Positions 1 through 10,300 of a stretch of DNA of 64,000 nucleotides are shown here, piece by piece. The translations under genes were made by a program, and so were the position numbers. This DNA is from Macrostomum lignano (taxonomy: Eukaryota): NCBI GenBank assembly GCA_002269645.1, contig NIVC01001255.1, forward strand, positions 124,001-188,000, in the 5' to 3' direction. Each line of letters starts with the position of its first letter. Positions within the stretch are counted from its first letter, which is position 1. The notes under the pieces are model-generated. The model was given only the letters and a program-made list of their open reading frames with translations. It was not told the DNA's origin and made no database searches.

Positions 1-1
1 C

Positions 2-2044
2 TGTCACTGAATAGGCGCTCCATCCGCACCAGGTACCATTAACGACCGTACCAGAGTCAGTGCCAGAACCGGGACAATCAACTCCACCGTACGATGGTGA
101 GCTACAGTTGCACTGACGAATTCTAGTCCCGATGCCGCTGGACACTGCGAATGCACCCCAATCGCACCAGGTGCCGTTCACTGCCGTACCGGAATCGCTG
201 GCGGAGCCGACGCAGTCGTTGCCGCCGTACGCCGGAGCGCTGCAGTTGCACTGTCGCGTTCTAGTTCCAACTCCAGAAATCACAGAGAACGGGCTCCAAC
301 CGCACCAGCTGCCGTTAACGACAGCTCCTGAGTCGATGGCAGACCCGGGGCAGTCTGTACCGCCATACGCTGGAGCGCTGCAGTTGCACTGACGTGTCCT
401 AGTGCCGACGCCTGAAGCCATGGAGAAGGCGCTCCATCCGCACCAGCTACCATTTGTTACCAAACCCGTGTCATTTCCGCTGCCAGGACAGTCCAATCCG
501 CTGTTTGCCGGTGCCGGGCAAGCGCAGGCGCGAGTCCGGGTGGCAAAACCTCCGCCTGCCGGTGCGTAGGCAGACCACGGGCACCAAGTCCCGTTGACTA
601 CTGCCCGCCATTCGGTGCTGTTTCCCTCGCATTTTGTGCCGTTGCCAGCAACGCTCGGACAGCTACAGTTCCGTTCGCGCATCTGCCACTCGCTGCTCAC
701 TGTACTCCAGTCGGTCCAGTTGCACCAGCCGCCGTTGATGTCTAGCTGGTCGCATACGTTCAAATTGGACTTCTCCAGATCGGAGATCTCTTCGAATAGC
801 CATACAGTAGGAGTGCTTGATTGCAGAGTGAGCACAGAGTAGCCGCTGACAGTGCTTGGCGCCAGGAAGTATCCGGCAGTATCGTTGAACGAAGATTTTA
901 TTGTGTACAGTCCACTGCCGCCACTGCCACCGGCTGAGTCAACAATCCAAAATTCGCGTTCTTTTGTTATGTTCTCAAAAGTGGCGTCTGCAACATCGGA
1001 GGACCAAGCGTCAGCCGGGGTGTAGCATGGCACAACGCTTCTGAAGATGAAGAAACCGTTAGGCTGAGGCATGGCCTCCCACATGACTGCGGCTTCGGTG
1101 CTTGGAGCGGTCAGAGCCAGTCGTCGCGAACCGTAAGCTGCCAGCGGAGCTGTGGAATTCGCCGCGGCGATGCTAGCGTTGCACAGACTTCTGCCGCTGC
1201 CGCAGCCAGTCTGCAGGTAGATCCTGTAAAAGCCCCAACGTAGCGCGAGTGTCTTGATGCCAACGTAGCTTCTGTAGTAGGGGCAGAATCGGATGCGCTT
1301 ATTGGGCTGGTAGTAGCGCTCTGTACTGCACCAGATCAGGTACCAGGGAAAGCCGGCCCCACTGGTGCAGTCGTCGTAACACTTTCCATTATAGTAGAAT
1401 GGAAAAGTACAGTTAGCATAAGGATCAGCCTGGGTGTATATGACGGAATAGCTGCTCAGCTGCGGCGTGATGTAGGCCGGCTCTGATGCGTTAAGCCGGG
1501 CGCAGCTCTGCGATGCCGCACCAGAAATTGTATAAGCGCAGTATTTGAAGTTGTTATCGATGATAGCGCTCTCTGCGGTAGTGGCGCACCACGGCTCAGT
1601 TGTAGTGGTCAGGCAGTCATAGTGACACTTACCGTTATACAGAAACGGGAACACACACTTGGTCCCGGAGCCGAGGCCAGCGTAGAGTACAGACGGCTCG
1701 GAACTCTGAGCCGCGGTTGCCAGACCGGAACAGTTTTCCTGCGTCAGGTTTGCTAGCCGATAGTTGCAGTATCGCCACAGGGTGCTGCTGGCGCCGTAGT
1801 CGCAGGAGGTCGCGCACCAGAAGCGGCACTGGCCGCTCGAGCAATACTCGGTGCAATCGTTGTAAGTGTTGGAGCCGTCCGCAAATGGGAAATAGCAGAC
1901 GCTGCCTGAGCCGCCCCCAGTGGTAGAGACTGTGACTCTGCTGTCTGAAGTTGAGTTGGGGGGATTGCAGCTGAGCGCTAGGGAAATCTGAATCAGCAGC
2001 AAGAGAAGCAGGGGCAGCAGACGCTGTCCAACTGTCAGGATCAT
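2..2044 (-). CDS. Secreted protein: signal peptide, 3 fibronectin type II domains, ~160-aa unassigned domain, >=6 compact TSP1-like repeats (3'-partial, runs off window)
   Basis: Manual translation from ATG 2044 gives 681 open codons with no intron: MILTVGQRLLPLLLLLLIQISLALS (signal peptide). FN2 motifs: CYFPFADGSNTYNDC..WCATSCDY..WRYC; CVFPFLYNGKCHYDC..WCATT..FKYC; CTFPFYYNGKCYDDC..WCSTERYY..IRFC. Then repeats such as NGSWCGWSAF..GTRTRQCNCSAPAYGGTDCPGS. Confidence 0.9.
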   Translation of the reverse strand, partial: MILTVGQRLLPLLLLLLIQISLALSCNPPNSTSDSRVTVSTTGGGSGSVCYFPFADGSNTYNDCTEYCSSGQCRFWCATSCDYGASSTLWRYCNYRLANLTQENCSGLATAAQSSEPSVLYAGLGSGTKCVFPFLYNGKCHYDCLTTTTEPWCATTAESAIIDNNFKYCAYTISGAASQSCARLNASEPAYITPQLSSYSVIYTQADPYANCTFPFYYNGKCYDDCTSGAGFPWYLIWCSTERYYQPNKRIRFCPYYRSYVGIKTLALRWGFYRIYLQTGCGSGRSLCNASIAAANSTAPLAAYGSRRLALTAPSTEAAVMWEAMPQPNGFFIFRSVVPCYTPADAWSSDVADATFENITKEREFWIVDSAGGSGGSGLYTIKSSFNDTAGYFLAPSTVSGYSVLTLQSSTPTVWLFEEISDLEKSNLNVCDQLDINGGWCNWTDWSTVSSEWQMRERNCSCPSVAGNGTKCEGNSTEWRAVVNGTWCPWSAYAPAGGGFATRTRACACPAPANSGLDCPGSGNDTGLVTNGSWCGWSAFSMASGVGTRTRQCNCSAPAYGGTDCPGSAIDSGAVVNGSWCGWSPFSVISGVGTRTRQCNCSAPAYGGNDCVGSASDSGTAVNGTWCDWGAFAVSSGIGTRIRQCNCSSPSYGGVDCPGSGTDSGTVVNGTWCGWSAYSVT

Positions 2045-2110
2045 CTTCGAGTCTTTTTTATTCAATGATGTATTTGTCTTCGATTCGAGCGTAGCATCGT
2101 AGCGGTGCAG

Positions 2111-2118
2111 TTTATATA
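2111..2118 (-). promoter_or_regulatory. Candidate TATA box of the FN2/TSP1 gene
   Basis: TATATAAA on the minus strand about 70 nt upstream of ATG 2044; motif match only. Confidence 0.25.
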
Positions 2119-2983
2119 ATTTTTCGAATTGCTAAACCCATTATAAACCCCTGTGGATTTTGTCACACATTGTTCTTCGAGGACTGCAATAAGCATCAAT
2201 GCAACCATTGCCTCATTAGATTAAAAGAACAAAATTGAGTACGAGATAGGCAAATAATAGAAGGCAAAAGGCTCCACTCGAGCCTGGAGTGTCCCACTTA
2301 GACTAATGGATGCTGAGTGCATTGCCTGCATCGCTTGCGCTCGAATTGGCCTGCCTGTGCACTCCTGGCCAACGTTTCAAGTACCACTGCGACAATGGGG
2401 GGTTGCGAAGGAGAGTGATGAGGCAGCGCCGCAGGGTGCTGAAATGGAACAGGTGATTTGCCAATTAACAGAGGCGCGAGAACATAACAGGGGGCCCAGT
2501 TAGAGTGACATGCCTTTCGCACAATGCCTTGCAGGCTCGGCTGCAGAAACTGGCAGCCCGTGAGAAAGAAGCCCTGTTGAAAATAAGCTGCGTGCGACCG
2601 TTTCCACTTATTTATCATCTCATTCCGCCTGCCTAAATACGTCAGGCATGGCTTCAATAAAAACAAAAGAAGCAAAAGGACTTTCAGTTTGAATTGTTTT
2701 ACAACTCTTGATGTGAAATCTTCTTTTCTTGAGCGAAGCGCTCGCCTTTCCGTTTAAACTGGAAAACACTTGTTTTATTATATGTAAGTTTCCAATGAGA
2801 CTTTGACAGCTTTGACAAGCCACCAATGCGTACGTGACTGCAGATCAATAGATGAACCATTAGATAAAAAAGGTTTGAGATTGAGTACTCGTATATGAAT
2901 GTCTTTTTATTGAACTTTAAGGTTTGCTGCAACTACAGAACTGCCTAGCACTTTGCAACTGATATTTCAATGTTCGAGAAAGA

Positions 2984-3460
2984 TGGCTTTTTGCAGCCCA
3001 TTTGGGCTCACGCGCATTGAATTTAATCCAAGATAGGTTTGCCAATGTAACGGAGCTTTTGTCTATGGTAGCAAGGCTGCCACAGCGGCACTTGATTTAG
3101 TCCAACAAGCATCCATTTGGTCCATAGCTTTATTTGCAACTGTTGCGGAGGAGCAAGATCAGCTCCAGAATTGTGGACAATATGCTAGGTTGTCGAACGT
3201 ATGCCACTGGCTTGTGATCAAAGCGCTCAACAGAGGTGAAAACCCAAAGGACATTGCAAGGTTGCTGAATATAGAAGAAAGATGACTTTACAGCATCCAT
3301 CAGCGTGTTGAAACCACTTCTGGCATAGGTCGCCTGTGAAAGGTGGCAATCGCCAAGACGAACCCTTTGTTGACGTTGCAGAAATGCAGCAAACGTCATT
3401 GGCAAACCTATCTTGGATTAAATTCAATGCGCGTACGCCCAAATAAGCTGCAAAAAGCTA
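2984..3460. mobile_element. MITE-like element with ~64-bp terminal inverted repeats
   Basis: 2984-3047 (TGGCTTTTTGCAGCCCATTTGGGCTCACGCGCATTGAATTTAATCCAAGATAGGTTTGCCAATG) is the near-perfect reverse complement of 3397-3460. No coding signal recognised inside. Confidence 0.6.
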
Positions 3461-3944
3461 TATTTGATGATCTACGAGTTCAATTTATATCGCATTTATG
3501 CGTAGCGACCAAAGAACAACTAACTACAAGCAAAAATTTGTGTAGAGTATATACTTCTACAGACTGCTCAAGTGATTAGCAACGTAGCAACAATGGAAAT
3601 GACAACTATTCAAAAGTCAGAGCAAAGTTTCTTTTGCTTGATTTCATTTGGTTGATAAATTTTCGCAGTTTTTTTCCACAGTTACTCTGCTTTGACTTTA
3701 TTGAAATTAAAACTCTTAAACGTTGCTAAACTCGCGTTTTCAAAACAAATAAGAAAAAAATTTCCGTGGCGGATCCAGACCGAATAAGTTAGCCAAGAGC
3801 TTCCTCACTCATCTCGCGTGCTCGTTGGTCGTCAGGACCCGGATCTTCTATCAGAGTGGATCCTCCGCCGACAAGACTAACGACAAGCGGCTGCTGACCA
3901 TGGGCTCTCCGGCTCTCTCCTGCCCTGATGCTATCGCCCTCTCC

Positions 3945-4080
3945 TCCCAAGATGCTAGCTCGTACTGCTCTCTCCTCCCCAGATGCTAGCTCGTACTGCT
4001 CTCTCCTCCCCAGATGCTAGCTCGTACTGCTCTCTCCTCCCCAGATGCTAGCTCGTACTGCTCTCTCCTCCCCATACGCT
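3945..4080. repeat. ~32-bp minisatellite, ~4 copies
   Basis: Unit CAGATGCTAGCTCGTACTGCTCTCTCCTCCC(C); related to the 24-bp array at 8846-9862. Confidence 0.85.
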
Positions 4081-4332
4081 CACGTGTTCGTTGGTCATCA
4101 GGACCCTGTCATTCTATCAGAGTGGATCCTCCACCGCAACATTGGTTTCTAAGCAACAGCTAAGCAACACGAATAGATGTTATAACACTTGTTGCGCACC
4201 CACTCACGCCAAAAGACTCCACTACAAATATAAATTTCGTCGCTCGAGTAAAAAGACGTAGAATGCATGCAACGTCGAGTTTTAACCATTGGTATCAATA
4301 CACGAATCAAATTGAAGAGTAGCAACACACAA

Positions 4333-7300
4333 TTACTCAGCAATGTACACATAGTACACCCAATAACCCAGGTTAAACATGCCGAACGACAGAGGAAACG
4401 CAGCTCTCGAGATCCTGTCGATCATCTCAGCGCTGCTAATGAACTCCTCCTCCTGCAGGCTGCCGTGGCTCCCACCGAATGGACTGTCGGAGTCGCCGCT
4501 ACCGACAGACTGGAAGGCGACCCGTCTGCGCAGGCCGCCGATCCCACCGCCGCCATCACCCGAGGTGGCGCCAGCCGCGCCAGCACCGACGCTTCGAGAA
4601 TTATTAATAAGGGTATCCGTCTCGCAGCTCCCGGTAGCAGCGTCCGCCTCTCGGTTCATGAAAGTCATCATCGGGATGGCCTGAGAGCGGTTCTGAAAAT
4701 TGAATGCAACAAATGTCTTGTGAGATTGTCTTTGTCAGGTACAAGCAGACTCTCCTCTCCTCTCCTCTCCTCTCCTCTCCTCTCCTCTCCTCTCCTCTCC
4801 TCTCCTCTCCTCTCCTCTCCTCTCTCCTCTCCTCTCCTCTCCTCTCCTCTCCTCTCCTCTCCTCTCATCTCCTCTCCTCTCCTCTCCTCTCCTCTCCTCT
4901 CCTCTCCTCTCCTCTCCTCTCCTCTCCTCTCCTATCCTCTCCTCTCCTCTCCTCTCCTCTCCTCTCCTCTCCTCTCCTCTCCTCTCCTCTCCTCTCCTCT
5001 CCTCTCCTCTCCTCTCCTCTCCTCTCCTCTCCTCTCCTCTCCTCTCCTCTCCTCTCCTCTCCTCTCCTCTCCTCTCCTCTCCTCTCCTCTGTCATCTCTT
5101 ATCTCCTCTTTTTTACTCTTTTTCTCCCATTTCCTCTATTTTACTCTCTCAGCTGGCTCGCAGCAATGATCTAGATTATATTTCGGCCCCCTGACATTAA
5201 AATTTTGCCGACCTCTGAGTCAATGAGTCCCGAGCCAACTCGGTAAGTGATTTACACGGCACTAAAATAGTATGGAAGACTTCAAAAAGTGTCGGTACAA
5301 AAGAAGTACTTCATATTTGACTATCAACGAAAGCGCCAGGTTTCCCAGGTGACAAACTGTTAAGTACATTTAATTAAATGACACTTAACGGCATACCTTC
5401 CTGTTAGATCCAACGCTATTGTCTCTTGCCTCGGCCAGCGCTGCACTCCGCTCGTCCAACATCCTGCGCAGGTTCTCCCAGCGTTCCAGAGTGCTGTGCT
5501 GCCGGGCCAGCACGTTCGCAATGGCGTACTCGATCAGGGCACCGAACACAAACACCAGGCAGGTGGACATCCACACGTCTATGGCCTGATTGGGACAGTG
5601 AGGGTTTGTGCTGTGTCATTTACAATCATTGGTCTACATTTCTTGATACGGTCCCTTAGATATCCTCGGAAAAGCTACAGAAGGGCTCATCTCAAAAATC
5701 TCGTGACGCAAACGGCAAAGCAGTCAAAGCGCTCTATAGCTTAAAATTTGCATCTTTTGCTTTCTCTTCCCCAGCCAGCATTTCCTGGAGCTTCATCGCC
5801 AACTCTGAATGCATTTCTGTTGACACGTAGAAACTATAAAAAGTTGTAAACACGCCAGTAGCCGCTCCAGCAATACGGGCAGCCAACAGAAAGGTTGAAT
5901 GACAAAGCAAATTTTCTGGTCTGCTTTTGCTGAACAAAAAGCAGTTGAGCCTCTATTTGCTCACCCGGAGCTACGGACAGGAAGTTGGACTCCCAAAGCG
6001 GAGCATCCGGCTTTCTTCTCGCCCAGTTCTGGCTTCTGGACTCGGCAGAGTTGATGGAGTACATTGTCAGAGCAATTTCCCCTCAGCATTCACGTCCATT
6101 TTTTCTCGGTCTCCCTGCTCCCTTCTCTATCTGATCTGTTCATTCAGCTTGGCTTTTTGTTAGGAAAACAAACCACGTTAAAAGTTTAGACAAGTTAGCC
6201 AGCCCCCACTTTAACAACTGAGAACTTATCAGATTTCGATGGATGCATCAACTTAAATGAGTGGCTGTCAAAATTATAAAGTATTCTTTGATTATCAATC
6301 AATTTATCCTAACAGAGTGAGTTTCGGCAAGTACTCAGGTGAATAATAGGCTGCTTGCGTCACATTCGAAGGAGGCTGTAAGATTTTATGTGAATTAATA
6401 ATAATAGTATTTGATTACACCTGCTCAATTGGGCCAGGTGTGCAACCGACAGCTCAGCCGCAGCTATTGCGCGGCGCATCTGAAGGCTGCGTACGGCTGT
6501 TCAGTCCAAGGACTGGGGGAGGGGGGGTCGCCACACACACCCTCAGTTCCCCAGGCTATTGCAGACACCCATTTTACAGCTGGGTGAACTGAAGCAATGC
6601 AGAGTCAAGTAGTGTCTTGCTCAAGGACACAAGCTGTTCCGATTGGGTCGAGAATCGAACCCCCGACCTTTCAGTCGTGGCTACAAGCCCCTTATGAACG
6701 TAGAAAATTGAGAAGCGACCTCTATCCCCTTCACAAGAGAGTCAAGGCACTTTCTTAGCTAAGTAAAATTCGCAGCAGCTTCCAACAGTGCAGTCAGAGA
6801 AAGCTCTCCGAATTGGGTTTCCCCTCTCTCCCCCCATCCTCCCCCTGCCCTGCATGCCAAGCGAATAAAGACGTCTGCGACGGGTCGGCTGGCGCAAAAA
6901 GTAGGAAATTCCTTCTAGAAGAAGTGAGTGCCTTTTTCTTTGGGCGGTGGAGGTCAACCAACCGATGCTGCTAGTGAGACCGGCTTAAAAATTGGGTCCA
7001 AATTGAATTATCCACCCCCCCCGAAAGCTGCTGGAGACTGGCGGCTGATCCCAGTGGGAAATGAAAGTGGCTGGGGTACATAAGTACGGCTTGAGCTGAA
7101 GAGAATGAAGGAAGTTTCTTTTATCCCTTTCCTCATCTGACATCAACTACTTAGTTTTCTTATTAATGACAGCATTTTTGTCCTTCGTCAATCAGTGAGA
7201 AGGACACTATTAGCTATATAACATCAGGACGTTCTAGATTACCTTCCGGACATTAAAAACGAGTCTGAAGTCCTTAACACCTATGCAAGGCATTTGTGTT

Positions 7301-10300
7301 GACCAGAAAATTATCCTGAAATCAATTTAAAACGTTTTTGAAGGAGGAACCGATAAAGCAAATATTGGACCAGAGCCTAACCCTTCAATGGATGTGATCT
7401 TTCGAAGTTCAATCGTGCCTACATAGTGGCACACCAGCCGCTAGAGAACGAAAGAAAGAATGAAATCTAAAAAATCGTCTATGGCCAAAACTCTTTATTT
7501 TGTGAATCGAAAAAATAGTAACTAATAATAAGCTTTTTGCAGAGAATCAAATATTCTTCAAATCAGACAGCGTTACGTGGTATAACATTTACTAAATACT
7601 TATATACATACGAGTTTTTCTATTTAATGAAGTCAGCCATCGACAATTGCAGCGGGTGGGATCTGCCGTGCGTTTCAACCCGTTTCAACCCACTTAGGCC
7701 AACTATAACAACACTCCCGCGTAGATAAAAAACTTCATCTTTAGAATCTCCTCAAAAAATTCGAGCTTTCGCCTGACATTTTAACATGCCAAAACCTACA
7801 AGTGAACTGTCAAATTTGTCTCAAAGAATGCCTTTCTCAATAGTTCTTTACACGGCAGACCTAGTCACGAAAACTTTCATTATTGCTGCCTTCGCTCCCG
7901 CTTTCTCCTGCTAACGGATCCGAGAATGAAGAAAAAATTTCTGCGTGTCAGGAAAAATTTCTCAAATCTTATTCGGCCGGCTCTGAGAGCGGAACAGAGG
8001 ACCCCTCAGCAGCAAAATGTTGAGGGGCTGCATGGCTTTACACCAAGCCAGAAAAGCTTCATTCCTTTAATCCAATTCCAATCCAGAATTGAGAAGACAA
8101 AAAAGGACAATAGCCAGATTGAGATTCCCTGTGAGCTGCTCAAGAGGTCCTCAATAGTCTCACCTAAAGCTGATAGAGCAGCTTCAGTGCCATGAAGAGG
8201 CGGAGTCAGAAGGCCTGATAAAATCGATAACGCCAACCTCTAAAAGAGTCACGAAAAACACGGAGGCAATTCTGAATGTTCTTCCGCTGCATTCTAAACC
8301 CCCTCCCCCTCCCTATATCATGGCTGCGGACAGTCTTTAGACAGATTAGACTGCTTATAAATCAGTTAAAGTTTCTTCCTCTTTACGCTTAATCCAAAAG
8401 AGATTTAGTAGAACTACTATTGAATTGAAGAAAGTCAAGTAGAATCATTGTGTAGGGGAAAACCAACAGCGGACACAATTGGGAGCTCCTGGTCTTAAGG
8501 TGAAAAATCCATGTCTGAAACATTACAAACAGCGGTATAGATCATACCAATCATAACAAACCTTGATGTAGGACACCCTGGGCAGCTGTCCCAACGCCCC
8601 AGAGCTCTGTGTAGTCATGCTGAGAACCGTCAGCAAGCCAAGACTGATCCTGGCTGGCACTGCTCTGACGTCAATCCAAAATGACACCCAGCTCAGGATG
8701 ACAATCAGAATGCTGGGTATGTAGGTCTGGATCAAGTAGAACCCCGACTTTCGGTTCAGGTAAAATGTCACCAGCAGATATGAGTAGTCGCCTAAATAGG
8801 AATGTCCAGGTTCACGGCAAGACGCCATTGACAATTGAGCTCTCCCACTCTCTCCTCCCCAGATGCTACCGCTCTCTCCTCCCCAGATGCTACCGCTCTC
8901 TCCTCCCCAGATGCTACCGCTCTCTCCTCCCCATATGCTACCACTCTCTCCTCCCCAGCTGCTACCGCTCTCTCCTCCCCAGATGCTTTCTCCACCCCCA
9001 TATGCTACCGCTCTCTCCTCCCCATATGCTACCACTCTCTCCTCCCCAGCTGCTACCGCTCTCTCCTCCCCAGATGCTTTCTCCACCCCCATATGCTACC
9101 GCTCTCTCCTCCCCATATGCTACCACTCTCTCCTCCCCAGCTGCTACCGCTCTCTCCTCCCCAGATGCTTTCTCCACCCCCATATGCTACCGCTCTCTCC
9201 TCCCCAGATGCTACCGCTCTCTCCTCCCCAGATGCTACCGCTCTCTCCTCCCCAGATGCTACTGCTCTCTCCTCCCCAGATGCTACCGCTCTCTCTTCCC
9301 CAGATGCTACCACTCTTTCCTCCCCAGATGCTTTCTCTACCCTCATATGCTACCGCTCTCTCCTCCCCAGATGCTACCGCTCTCTCTTCCCCAGATGCTA
9401 CCGTTCTCTCTTCCCCAGATGCTTTCTCTACCCCCATATGCTATCACTCTCTCCTCCCCAGATGCTACTGCTCTCTCCTCCCCAGATGCTACCGCTCTCT
9501 CCTCCCCAGATGCTACCGCTCTCTCCTCCCCAGATGCTACTGCTCTCTCCTCCCCAGATGCTACCGCTCTTTCCTCCCCAGATGCTACCGCTCTCTCCTC
9601 CCCAGATGCTACTGCTCTCTCCTCCCCAGATGCTACTGCTCTCTCCTCCCCAGATGCTACCGCTCTCTCCTCCCCAGATGCTACCGCTCTCTCCTCCCCA
9701 GATGCTACTGCTCTTTCCTCCCCAGATGCTACCGCTCTCTCCTCCCCAGATGCTACCGCTCTTTCCTCCCCAGATGCTACCGCTCTCTCCTCCCCAGATG
9801 CTACCGCTCTCTCCTCCCCAGATGCTACCGCTCTCTCCTCCCTATAGGCTACCGCTCTCTCCTCTCAACTGTCCCCCATAACTCTAGACATTCCCATGAC
9901 TTTTTGCATCTGAATTACCCCCAGTAGCAACCGCAACTCACCAGTGAGATATTTCACAACGCAAGTCTCCGTACTGATATTTGGGGGCGTGACAAACTCG
10001 GGCAGTTCTAAGTCATCGCTGAACTCGACCCTCTCGTCAATCTTAGCCACCCATTCGAACAAGAGCTGATGGGTTGTGTAACCGTCTGAAAATACGAGTA
10101 GAGTGTCTCAGGCTCATTCGAAGGTCAAGGCAGTTATGCCCATGTATGCCCACGCAGGATGTTCTGACTTTCTTACAATGGGGTTGGCCCTCATGGGTAT
10201 AAATCATTCGACAAGTTCAAAATTAATGAAGTAATCGAGGTCGAGCACGGAATCTAACCTGGGCAGTTTCGCGCGCTAAACAGGGTTGATAAGAACGTAT

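Noticed and set aside
2298-2675. 125-aa minus-strand ORF upstream of the FN2/TSP1 gene
   Set aside because: No motif and no codon bias. The downstream gene already has an ATG with a signal peptide.
4267-5169. 300-aa plus-strand ORF
   Set aside because: It is the antisense of the channel's last exon joined to the (CTCCT)n microsatellite.
8765-9927. ~350-aa ORFs in three plus-strand frames
   Set aside because: 24-bp intronic minisatellite, open in all frames, with no coding bias.
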